This document shows positions 42,401 to 54,686 of a DNA stretch of 64,000 nucleotides, piece after piece. Under the pieces are notes generated by a model. It saw only the letters and a list, made by a program, of their open reading frames with translations, did no database searches and was not told the DNA's origin. Origin of the DNA: Nymphaea colorata (Eukaryota); the NCBI RefSeq assembly GCF_008831285.2, contig NC_045138.2, positions 31,062,001 to 31,126,000 on the forward strand. Direction: 5' to 3'. The first letter of the stretch is position 1. Each line of letters opens with the position of its first letter. Made by a program: the position numbers and the translations under genes.

Positions 42401-45400
42401 TTTCATCAATGGGAAGGAAAGGAAGGGAAGAGGAAGTAAATGTGCTCGAGGATAAAAAGAATATTTGCAGTAATATGCTAAAACAAGGCAATGGACATGA
42501 AAAGGAAAGGTGGCCTGATTTTATGGGTAAGGGTAAAAGAGTTGGACGAGGTTTCTTGTTAGGTCTCCTGGTTAGGATTTTTATATGGAAGTTCTTCCAA
42601 GATTGATCTGGGCAGATAGGAGAAGCTTGAAAACTTGATAAGGTAGTTTTCCTTTTGGTTAATTTTGCTTCTTCTCGGGTGCAGTCTCATAAGCAGCTTA
42701 TGCTCTTTCTATTAAAAGTAATTTTGCTCAGAATATTTTAAAATGTTATTAAAGAAAATATATAGAGGCTTCATATGCATGCAGGAAAACTAGCTGTTGG
42801 TTGCATGTTATGTGCCATAGGTGGTCCTCTTTCCTCATCAATTATTTCATGAGCAGCTGAATTTGAGTAGGTGTTAGCTGCTTCAAGCATGATAGTGGTT
42901 CAATTACATATAAAAATGTTGTGGCTGTTGTTGCTCTGCCTTCTCTAATTTCTGCCATTGGTATGCTGTTCCAGTTCTTATATAGCATCTTATATTGTGT
43001 TGTAACCTTATGTAAATGATTTCCATAACCATCTGTATGCAGCTACTTACTTCCAGGTTAAGGAAAATACTACATTTGAAGCATCAGGTTGATGATATGC
43101 CTACCCAGATGGAACTTATCCAGTAAGTAAATCATTTGCTTAGTAGACAAAATGATCTGGCTCATTATAATTATTCTTTCGTGTTGTTAAGAATGTTCAT
43201 CACTTTATATACCTCAAGCAATTGCCATACATCTCTAATCATTTGCTTAGTAGACAAAATGATCTGGCTCATTATAATTATTCTTTCGTGTTGTTAAGAA
43301 TGGTCATCACTATATATACCTCAAGCAATTGCCATACATCTCTAATCATTTGCTTAGTAGACAAAATGATCTGGCTCATTATAATTATTCTTTCGTGTTG
43401 TTAAGAATGGTCATCACTTTATATACCTCAAGCAATTGCCATACATCTCTAATTAAAATTTTTGATGAATATTATATACTTCAAAATTTTGGTCGTGATG
43501 TTTGCGCATCACTTCACCTCGTTTCACATTGCCTCGTTTCATAAACTCTATGAATCGCCTCATCTCATTGCATTTAACAACATTGGTGTGGATTTCAATG
43601 TAAGGTAATATAATGATGGAGAATGATGACTGTCAAGGGTAGTGCTTGTGGGGAGAAGCACTTGCACAAGGAGAAGAGTGGGAAACACGCTGTGGAAATA
43701 AGAGAGGTGGACTTTGAAAATGTGGGAATGAAGCAATGACGAGGAACACACGGAAAGGAGGGAAAGTATAACATAGAAGGGAAGAGTGCAATGAGAATGC
43801 ACATAGTTCAAGGTGGTGCTCCCTCCAACATCCTTAGGTTAACTTAATTGAGCACAAGGTGAATCATTATAGTGGCAGTCTCTTTTTAGAGAGGTAAATT
43901 CCATGAAACCACTTGAAAAACTTTGGTTTAGACAAAATCACTTTTTTTGTGGAAGGCACATCCATGTGCACCAGCATTGCAGGAATTTACTGTCTTACCA
44001 AAGAATGCCCTGTTGACTGGCCCTAAGGTTCATAGTAGCTATTTCACCAGAATGGTCCTCCCGTATACAAAACCTCTCTATTCGGTTATCAAAAGCGATG
44101 CCTCCCCCTGCCAGCCTAAAATGCTTGCTTGCCTCTGTGTCATCCTTTCAAGGGTCAGACTGGACCTGTCCTCAATGTGGCACCACCTTGGTGAATCGGG
44201 GCGTGCCATGGTAGCCCTGCATGTGTGACCTCCTCCAACAATAACCCCTTTCCAATGGTGTGTTCATTTTTCTGTGCAGGCCATTTCTCTTTTTTGTTTC
44301 ACCAGGAATGATGATCATGCTCAGTCTGCCAACCCTTTTGTTCAGTCAGCCGGAATCAAGTCCTCCATGTCATTCTTTTCTGAAAATGTCCAATAGTAGA
44401 TTGTTCCTAGTTGCCCCTTGACCACGTGCTCCCATTTCAGCAGCTCACATGGGCTTTCTCTGTCACTCTGATTGAAGGCCGTAGCACACACAGTCTTACC
44501 CACACTTTGCACCTTGTCTGACCTATGATGCACACTCCACAAATTGCTACTATCCTGGGAATTCGGCTCAGAAGCTTGTGGTTTATTGCATACCATAGCA
44601 TTAGTCTGAGTAGCCTCAATGTGTAAGATGGGTCCTAGGTCCTAATTCTTGTTAAGACCAATTCTTTATCATGTTTACATTCATGTGAATATAAAAAACG
44701 GTTAAGTGCACATTGGGTAAAAATGGTTACTTGGTGTGGCCTGAATTGGCCTATACAAAGAGTAGAATTTCCATGAGTTGCCATGTAGTCACTGAATTTT
44801 GTATCAGATCTTTAATTAGATCCAAGCTGAATTGAGCATCATTCGAATGATTCTCCAACCATTATTTAGGTTTTTTGGATGATGAACTGACTGCCATCTA
44901 TTTTATGGGATGCTGGGCCAACCATTATCCAAGTCGTTTGGATGATGCACTGGACGTCATTTAGAGAATTTGAGTGATGAAGCAGCTGTCAATTGCTGAC
45001 TGTCACCTGTTATATTTGGTAAACACCAGCTGCCACATAATCCATTTGGTGTTGTTTCTTCCCTGGCTTAGCGCTTTCAGCGTCAGACTTTCTGTTAAGC
45101 CATTACTTAGCATATGTGAAACGGTTATGCTTGTTGGCCTTCTTCTGGTAGGGAAATGAGATAGTGCCTGCCAGATTCACTGATGACATGGTTGTTATCT
45201 GTCATGTTATGTTTCAGATGGTTGTAATTCAGGCTTTTCCAGGACACGTCAAGGCAATTCACCATATTTTTAACTTTTCAAGACTCGTTTTTCATTAAAT
45301 TTTTCTGGGGTTGAAGGATTGCATCAACTTGTATTGTAGGTCCTCCCAACAATCACTTGTTCATAAAAGAATGTCCTTTTATGGAATAATTTCTGCAGCA

Positions 45401-46617
45401 ACCACCCATGCAAAATTTTCATGTGGGTTGTCATGCAATATGTTTCATCAATAATCAAAAGATAGGTCAAGGGCACTTCTTTTGCTGAGAAAGATTAGTA
45501 TTGTACTATAAACTGCGGTTACAAATATGGGCAATATTTTCAAAATATCAAGATATATTACTAAAAAGTAAAAACAACTTAAATAAGTAAAAATGGAAAT
45601 ATTTTGAAAATATTGCCAAAACGAAAATATCATAAGTCTTCTAATGTATTATAAACTTTCTTGGTTTTTATTAGCATTGTAATAATTATTTAGAATTTTT
45701 TGTTTGTGTTCATGTAAGAAAATTAGTAAAATTCTCATAAAAATTTCATAATTTTTATTTTATTTTATATGTATTATTTTTTGAATCACTGAAAATTTTC
45801 TGACGAAAACAAGCTTTTTGGTTATTGCCTGATATAGCCTTGCTGATAAAAAGCTGAGAACTGTACTTATGACTATGCAATGAACCATGACATAAGCAAC
45901 TGTATGTTTATGGTATTACTTGTGAAAGATGGTTGAAATGTTAAATTTCTCTTGTTTTTCTTCTTAACATTTCCCCCAAAATGCTCTGCCTTTGCGTGGG
46001 TGTATAACTGCCTCTATTTTGTTCTTTCTGATAATAGCATTCAAACGGATTGCTATTACATTGTTGTTGTTGTCATCATCATCATTTTTATTTGGATAAA
46101 TGGTTAGAGATGTGATATTTTAGGAGGCTAGATGGTGCTTAAGGACTTTCTTTCAAATTGATATTCCCAGGTATGAACGGCGGTTTGCTGAATTGTACAT
46201 GCAAATCCAGGTAAAGGAAATTACTCGATAATTTGAGTTATATGTGCATTTCCACATGCATATGTGGAGCACTGTCACATTGGTTTCCACTTTTTCAGCA
46301 TATTGCATTAAAATTCAGAAGGAAGAAGAAGAAAAAGAAGAATCATGATATTTTGAAAATATTGCCAAAATGAAAATATCACATTTTTGTTGTGATATTT
46401 TTCATTTGAAAACAAAATTTTAAGTGTTTTTTTTATAACTATTTTGAATTTCTATGAATGTTTTTGTAAGAAAATTAACCAAAATTTGATAATTTTTAAT
46501 TGTTACTTATAGTTTTATTTTTTTAAATCGCAAGAAAAGACCAACTATCCAATTAATGTTTGAAAAATTGTCGCCTATAAAAACTTGGGAATGATATTGT
46601 GAGTCGGTGACAATGGT

Positions 46618-46652
<35 letters not shown>

Positions 46653-49600
46653 CATTATTTTAGAGTCGAACCCAATGCACCTTAGTTGTGTATCTCAGCT
46701 TTGAGTGCACTTTTGGCAAAAAAATACCTGGATGTGCTCTCCATGTTTAAAATCCTTAAAATTAACATAAGATTATGGTTTTACATCTGATGTTCTTGAT
46801 CAAAAGGAGGTAGTATTACAGTTTTACTTCACTCAATGTGATGCTATATAGTTTAAGAAAGCTTTCGTTTGCAGCAACATTGACCTGGAGGGAAGATTGG
46901 TCAGTCACTGAGCAAGGCAAAATAACTCATTGTATAAGTCTTTGATATGCTCTAACTAGCCAATCTATTGCCACTTGCAAACAGCTTTTGCATTTGCCTA
47001 CTACCTTATGGATTGCAATTCCGCATTTTATATTACTTGACAAGTGAAAAGTGGGTGAGTTACCTCATGGATTGCAGAAAATGGATGAGTTACCTCATGG
47101 TGGGATCCCACACTTCGGAAATACTCCTAATGGTCCTGAAGGGGATAGGGTAAAAAAAGCATCTTACCTTTTCCATAGAAGTATGCCACATGCTTAGTGG
47201 AATCCACATTAACACTGTCCTCAATTTTAACTTGATATGGAGTGTATTTTGTAGGATTTAGGGTCTTTTAAGAATCTTTAAGCTTCCTGATGTGGAAAAA
47301 ATTTTTAAAAACTAGTCTAAAATGTGATCCTGCACATGAATTTCAAAGGAAAGATAGCATGTGATTGTTTGATTCTGGATAAATGTACTTGTATGGTGGC
47401 AATAAGATAAAAATAGTGGATACCTGTAGGTGAACAGAGAGCTAGTGTAGTGATGTTTCGATATCTGGTGGATTCAAGCAGGAGAATGAAGTTGAGTTGA
47501 CAATATCTGCTGCTCCCAAATGCAAGAAGCTAGATATGAGTGCTTAGCCAAGTAGAAAGTCTAATGGACGACGATTGGGGCTACACACCACACTGATGTT
47601 TTGGCAAGTGACTTGGCGGGCCATGAGTTCGAACCATCCTACAGCTCAACTAAGAAGAAAAAGAAAAGAAGTGCAAATAAAGAAAAAGGGAAAGAGAAAA
47701 GAAAAAAATTTCTGCTCAAAAAGAAAAAAAAAAAGTGAAAAGTCCATGCATAATTGTGTGAGAAAGATTGAAGGAAGAGAATGAGATAGTGCTTGGTTTT
47801 GAGAATGAAGTATGAAAAGTCCATGCATAATTTTCACAAGTCCTCATTCATCTACTAAAGTGAAACCTACGGTTTAAAGAGCTTATTGCATACACTAAAT
47901 GCCACCACAATTCCTATGAAAGTGAGTTAGGATAGTTAGGATGTTGATAATAGTTTGTGTGCATTATCTTTGCTTTCTTGCCTTATAGTTTGCTTAGTTA
48001 AGTTGTTTATTCTTTTATATAAGCTTAGTGTTGCTCAAGGACTAGCAACATTTAAGCATAGAGGATTTTGATGATGCACACAATGCATTACATATTACAC
48101 TTAATTGCAAACATTTATTATTGTTTTAGTGTTTTTACACCAATATTTATGTTGTTTTAGGTTTCATGGAGTTGTTGTTCAAATTGCATCAGACTTAGGG
48201 TTAAAATGATTGAGTTCGTGCCAAAATAGTGTATTTTGAAGGTTTAGGGGCAAAATCATCTTTTTACAAATGAAACAAAACATATAGAGTAACCCAAACT
48301 TTAATTTACCCTTAATTTACAATGTAAATTAAGTGAAATTATCCTAAAAGTCCTTGGTTGTGGCTGAAACCTAGTTCATAAATAGAAAATAACGTAGAGG
48401 TCGATTGTAAATAATTCCTAGGTATGTTTCTTTTAGGAATTTCATGAAATTTTAATTCCTAAGGCATTTATTAGAAATAGTAATATTAGCTACAAATTTT
48501 GCATCTCATTTGGTAATGTTGCAGCCTTCATCCATCTTTTCGCATACTTTGGTGATGCATCTTCGAGAAGATCTCCCTCAACCATGCTGCCCTTCTTTGT
48601 TCCTTATTCTCTATACTCTGAGACCTATTGTTGTGCTTGGAGGATGCAACCTTTGAAAATTTAAAATTTTGAAGATGATTTCATTGGATTCTGGCAGCAG
48701 CTGGCCCTTTCTGACCATGGGCAAACACCTAAGACACCAATCTGCACAATCCATATGATTTTTAGATGAAATAAAAATTGAAACATGAATGGAAAATCGA
48801 TTTTGAACAAGAACATGCACATCATGTTCTTATGTTCTTGTCCCTTCTACACAAAGCATAATTAAGATAATCAAATCCTAATTCTAAATCAAATCAAAAC
48901 TAAGCCAGGCTAACAATGCTGCCAAATTAGAGGATGTATTGTTCTACACTAAACACCACAGAAAATATGCAGAGGTGCAGCAATTTAAAAAAAAGGAAAA
49001 AACCTACCTATCAATGCATAATGAAAGCAAATATGCATGCATGAATTTTAAAATCTAAAGGTGAGAGGACTTGCCTACAATTGGGGGTTTGATCTCGACA
49101 AGCGGCTGCCACTCTCACCATCCAGCCACTACTAAACATCCGTCTTTAAGGGCTGCACTCCTCCACGCACTATCAATAGGTTTTGTGTGTAGAAAATGAG
49201 GAAGAAGGGACTCCATGGTTGAAAGTGCTCTTCTCGAAGATGCATCACCAAGGTGTATAAAAGGATGAATAGGGATTTTAGCATCACCAAGTGAGATGCA
49301 GAATTCGTAGATAACATTACCATTCTTAGTAAAATACCTAAGGAATTGAAATTTTAAGAAATTTTAAAAAGAAACCTATTTAAGAATTATTTAGTATTTA
49401 CGATTAACCTCTGCTTTATTTTATAACTAGAACTAGGTTTCAGCCACAATCAAGTACTTTTAGGACAAATTCACTAACTTTACATTATAAATCAAGGATT
49501 GGATTGTTCTGGGTGTTTTAATCTACTTGTAAAAAGATGATTTTGCCCTTGAACATCTAAAGTACACTATTTTGACTTAAACTCAACCATTTTAACCTTC

Positions 49601-52600
49601 ATCTCGGTGTAATTCAAACTGGAGATCCATGAAACCTAAAACAATATAAACATAGGTGTAAAAACACTAAAACAATGACAAATGCATGCAAATTATGTGT
49701 AAAATTTAATGCATTTCATGCATCATCAAACACCTCAGCCCACAAAGTAGTAAACATCAATTTTCCTCTGGGACCCCATTCTATTTTTTCCCAATGTGTA
49801 GTGTGGAACTATTCATTTTTGAAAGCTTACAAAGTTTTTATCTCACATCTAAGCAGTAAATTTACAAAAATGCACTCAAAGCAGAGACACTCAACTAGGT
49901 TGCGTTTATGACCTAAAATTGGATTTTTATCAAGTTTGGTTTGCTGGTCTTGCTTTTTTTTTTTAATCAAATTATTTGTGGCCTTCATAGATGCATATAT
50001 ATTGAAAGATCAATGTGAACTTCAAATGAAAGAAAGAGAAAATTCCAATAAATATGCATTTTATGTCTGTTATAAACATTTTGGGTCTAACTAACTGCCA
50101 AATTTAAGTCATAGCTTCATTAACTAGTTTTGACAGAATATATGTAACCCGGACTCATTTTTCTGCACCTATACTTTTTGCAGGAAAAACTTCAACATAC
50201 GCGAAGACTCTATGATACTTATAATGCTCTGCTAGAGACCAAGGAATTGGCATCAAAAGAAATTTCATTGTTGAATTCAATAAATCAACAGGTTTGTCGA
50301 ATGTGATCTCTTTACTTTTCTTGAGGGTTGAACTTGCTCAAATTTTTGCTTCAGCAAGTTTCACGACATCTGCAACAGTCTTGTAAAATTTGACGAAGTG
50401 CACAAACCGACTTATAATGTATTTCATGCCTAAACTAAGAGGCTACACTTTCTTTAGCTACAGTTGTGCACATTTCTGGCCTTGATGGTTCAGTTCGATG
50501 TGTTTTCAGATTTCACTTCATGAGTTTCAAAGAATCATCACATAATGCACTTGGAAGTACACATGACTGCAATTCATAAGAAATGGTGAATCTTGTACAA
50601 TAGCAATTACATGGAGATATGTAAACTTGGAGGTGGTGATTGTAAAGTGTAAGGACAAATAAGTGAAACAGAAAAAGTGATGTGTAAAGATAAAAATGAA
50701 CTCTCTATGTTGTTTACAAAATTATTCCAATAATTACATGGGGATATATAACTGTGGATATGGTGATTATGAAGTGTAAGGGCAAATAAGTAAAATATGA
50801 AAGCAGAAAAAAAAATGTGTAAATGAAAAAAATTAACTCACTATGTTGTTTACAACATTATTCCAATAACTAGCAAGTTCATAATATAAACTTGTAGAAT
50901 TGATAAGGCTATTTTATTTTCAAAAATAATTTTATTAATTTATGCAAATACGTCCACTTCAACTAACCTTTGTCAAATGTAATCAGCTAGTGACATGGGG
51001 TTCACTCATCCAATATCACTAATCACTTATTTTTTTGGGGATCTAAGTGATTCACTTTTAGTGAGAACTTTTACTAACATAGCAGGCCACAACAAAGACT
51101 TCTGAATGCAGAATAGTTGATTTTAAGAAAATTGACAACTAATGACAACCTAAGTCACGTGGGTTCGAGTACGATTCGGGTATGAGTATAGAGATATGGG
51201 TACAGACACAGTAACTTTAGAAAATGTGGGTACGGGGACACAACATGATATATATATATATATATATAACTAAGTTAGAAAAAATTAAATCAAGTAAAAT
51301 TAAGTAGTTTGGATCAGCTTCAAGCAAAAAAGTACCCAAGTATGTCCAAGTACCTATTTTAGGCATGGGTAGATACCTTTATTCCCATGTCTTCCAGCTA
51401 CTTTATCGCCCACTTTGATTTTACGTTTCTGTGAGATATATACACGAATCATTTCTGGATTATAAATGGAACCCCCCTTTTTCTGGCCCCACCTGACATC
51501 AATAACTCGACCTCTTCCGCCTATAGGCAACTTTAGACAAGTTTCTTTTGCAGTGGATACCTGAATGCCAAGTATGGCTCGTAATAATCTATCTTCTGGA
51601 GCATAGGATGATTCTTTCGCTGTCTGAGGCGTTAATTTACCTACTAAAACATCACCAGTTTCTACCCAAGATCCCAGCATCACAGTTTCGCTGTCTGACA
51701 CGGGTACATGGACCTTACTGAAGTACCCATGTGGTTTAGATGATAACAATCTAGAGTAATTAATATAGAATGTACCTTGTGTTATAATAGGAGGGTCTAC
51801 GTACATGCTTGTTGAACCGTATGGTGTCATATGATAAGAACAATGTCAAAATCTCAAAATCTTACTGCAATATCTTAGTCTCTTGTTAGTCTTTAGTTAC
51901 ATGGTTTATCACTATGTATATGTTTAATTGTTCATCCTTTAAAATAGTTGAAAATGCGTTTTTTGAATTTTTATTGCATTCTATGGGTTTTTCTTGTTCT
52001 CATGGGTTTTTTACTGTATGCGTGTGTGTGTTCGTATATATATGTCCATGAATTGCTTTTCCCATAGGTTCTTACATGCTTTTATTACAACATTAGTATT
52101 GCCATGAGAGAAAAAAATGCACCTAAGACAATGAGATGTTGGCCAATTTACATACTTTTTCTGTAGTTTTGAAGAGATTACTGACCTTGTCAAAGCTGTT
52201 GATTCCCTTTCGTTCTTTCATGGCCTAAGTGCCAACTTGATTTTTCATTTTTCATTATCTTGTCCATTATGCTATTTTCATGAACTTTCCAAATCACTTT
52301 TTGTATGCAGTTTCAAGATGCCATAACCAGTACAAGTGGCCGTATTAAGCTTATAAATTCCTTGGAGAGCATCTCAAATGGAACTCAGCAGGTGTCTCCT
52401 GTAACTTTTGATAGTGATGCCCACATGATTTAATATGCAAATTTATTAAAACCATGTAATTAATTCTATGTTTAACCGCAATTGCAACTCCGAAGTTCAT
52501 TTTTCTGCATTTGTTTCATAGAATTTAGTCAATGACATGAAAACGGGCATGCAATGGTTCTGTAGTTCTGTCTTATTATTCACTTCTGTTTGTGTTTATT

Positions 52601-53401
52601 TGTTTGTCAAAAGGGCAGCTCTTCCTTTGTGTGGCCTACCATAGTGATATTCTTGAATTTCTGCTGTCTTTCTCATGAAATTCAGTTTATATTCTCTCTT
52701 AAGCAATTAAGATATCTTTTTGTAAATGAAAGTGTAATATTGAAACAAATGAAGACAGATGTGAAATTTGTTTTTTTAACCTTTTTCCTTTTATTTGATT
52801 TGATTTTATTTTATTTATGGCTGTGAATTTCAAACTTTTTTTCTTGCACTTACAAAATGGTGCTTATACTGCAGAAAATAGTTTTATTATGTTTGTTGAT
52901 TCTCTGTAAAGCTAATGCTCATTTTTAGACCATACTTTAGCATTGGTTTGTCTGTTTGCTGTTCAAGGCCTTTTTGCCCATATGATTGAGAAGAATCTTC
53001 CCTCTCAAGGGGCACACTTCATTGACTGTCTTATATGCTGAACACTACAACTGACTAGTAGTAATGAGAATTTTGACTTGTATGCATGCTCTCTTGAACC
53101 CATTTGGATACGCATGCAGCCATGTGAATGCTGACTGATGCCCTCACATGACTAGAAATTGGACAAACTTCGGCTTAGTTTGGAAGAGGAACAAAAGATA
53201 TGTTCAGGCCTCAAGGAGAAGTTAGCTGCAACAACTGAAGAGCAGCACCGTTTCTCTTCCCTTTTAAAATCTTTCCAGGTTAGTACAACTTTATTTCACC
53301 TTACAGTGTTATTCTGCTCGACTTTCTTAACCCTTATGCATCTTGGGTAGGATGAGTACGCCAAGAATGAAAGTTTAAGGACTGCAAGGGCACCAACGTA
53401 G
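39468..53401 (+). CDS. CCDC93: Coiled-coil domain-containing protein 93 homologue (CCC/Commander endosomal recycling complex). Exons 39468-39661, 40050-40209, 41165-41296, 43043-43122, 46171-46210, 50184-50291, 52311-52391, 53156-53278, 53351-53401
   Basis: [13 protein letters not shown]...[73 protein letters not shown] are CCDC93-family motifs. GT-AG sites keep frame (~320 aa). Exon 3 is the least certain and small exons may be missed. Confidence 0.85.
43130..43453. repeat. Tandem repeat, 107 bp x 3, in CCDC93 intron 4
   Basis: Unit aatcatttgcttagtagacaaaatgatctggc...gccatacatctct starts at 43130, 43237 and 43344; 1-2 substitutions between units. Confidence 0.95.
46620..46651. repeat. (AG)n microsatellite
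   Basis: Direct reading. Confidence 0.95.
48066..49730. repeat. Large diverged inverted repeat (arms ~48066-48660 and ~49145-49730), probably two opposed LTR-retrotransposon (Athila-like) LTR fragments
   Basis: Reverse-complement matches: tttgatgatgca/tgcatcatcaaa; ttgttttagtgtttttacacc/ggtgtaaaaacactaaaacaa; gggcaaaatcatctttttacaa/ttgtaaaaagatgattttgccc; ttggtgatgcatcttcgagaaga/tcttctcgaagatgcatcaccaa. Confidence 0.85.
50605..50870. repeat. Diverged tandem duplication (~130-140 bp x 2)
   Basis: attacatgg.gatat...gtgtaagg.caaataagt...ctatgttgtttacaa.attattccaataa occurs twice. Confidence 0.8.
51150..51739. mobile_element. hAT-like TIR element/MITE containing a plastid rpoB fragment (CCDC93 intron 6)
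   Basis: TIRs CTAAGTCACGTGGG ... CCCATGTGGTTTAG; flanks atgacaac / atgataac (8-bp TSD, 1 mismatch); arms homologous to the MITE at 24652-25008. Confidence 0.75.
51372..51686 (-). pseudogene. rpoB: Plastid-derived rpoB fragment (NUPT), ~105 codons
   Basis: [69 protein letters not shown]...[25 protein letters not shown] is plastid-type RNA polymerase beta; similarity ends abruptly on both sides. Confidence 0.95.
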
Positions 53402-54489
53402 AGAATTGTGAAGAATGAATGATTAAGAAATGCTAGGGAACAAATCCAACTTGCTACTGATCTATTCTTGGGGAGAAATATGATGTCTGGTTCAAGTGAT
53501 GGACTGAGGATGCCGAGGTGATATTGGACTACCTATTAGCTTATCCTCTGCAGAGGGAGGCTGGCTTTGGGGAAAAAAAAATGCCTACTGCGTCCCAAAA
53601 AGTAAAGGAAAGAAGAGCTAATGGTCACCAACAGCCTGTTTATTCTATTCTTGTGAACATCAAGTTCTCTAGAAGCCATTCTTTGTAACTGTAATACCAT
53701 TCACTTTTACGGCATGTAGCTCTAACTGTTGATTATGCCAATACCTCGGCATATCATAACTTTTTCATGCTGTTAGTATATTTTCCAATTTATCAAATCA
53801 TGGGCTCATTAAACAAGCGTTTATGTATTGGAATTGTTTGAAAGTAGTTCGATATCGGAAGTTTCAACGAGATAGATGGTCCTGCATGTAACAGATAGCT
53901 TCTTGGCATCACAAAAGATTTATGAAATATAGTTTTAACCTTAAAAGTTCTTGAACTCTACCGTGTTTTTGTAAGTATTGCTAAGATATTACATCAGAAT
54001 TTGCAACTGATAATACATGTAAAAAGTATACGACTTAGTCTTGCTCGTGTTTCAAATAAAACGAAAAATGGATGTCCGATGGTTACAAGATTCGTAGTCA
54101 AACTAAAAGTTTAAAATAGTTCAAGAACTAGTGAGATCAAGGTATTATGGTTATTGGCCAGTGGCAAGCTTATAATTTTCTTTCATGACCAGGGGTGGAT
54201 TGAAATAAATTATGCCAACAGATTAACTTTAGCTAATGAGAGTTAAGGATTTTAAATACCCAATTAATGATGGATTAGAGCTCTTAAGCTAAAATTAGAC
54301 ATTAAACTAAGCCAGAATTGAAACTAATCATCTAAATCTAATTAATTGAATATACCTCCTCAAAATAATATATTATTGTTTTTCTAAACCTCCTCTCTTC
54401 AAGATAAAATAATAAAAAGTATAATAAGTAATAAAAAGATAATAGCTTTTGGCTATAAACAGGGGTTCCCCCCCTCTTGAGATCTAACG

Positions 54490-54686
54490 TAAGGAAGACA
54501 AGGAAGAGAGAGAAGAAAAAGAGAGGAGAGGGGAAGGAGGGAAGAGAGGCAGAAGAGAGAAAAGCAGAGAAAGAGGGAGAAGATGGAGGGGACGAGGAGA
54601 AAGAGAGAAAAGAGGGAGAAGAGAGGGTGGGGGGGGGGGAGCGAGGAGAGAAAGGGAGGGTAGATAGAGAAAATAGAGGATAAGGA
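54490..54686. repeat. Purine-rich (GA) low-complexity tract, ~200 bp
   Basis: Almost only A and G on the + strand. Confidence 0.85.

Noticed and set aside
43130..43453. CRISPR-like array
   Set aside because: Head-to-tail units without unique spacers, in a plant intron, with no cas genes.
47540..47645. tRNA gene or SINE (B-box-like GAGTTCGAACC)
   Set aside because: No cloverleaf, no convincing A box at the right spacing and no TSD.
51354..51830. 158-aa ORF as a functional nuclear RpoB gene
   Set aside because: Only ~105 codons are rpoB; the rest is read-through into MITE and intron sequence, with no transit peptide, antisense within an intron.
54477..54683. E/K/R/G-rich ORF
   Set aside because: Translation of a purine-only low-complexity tract.
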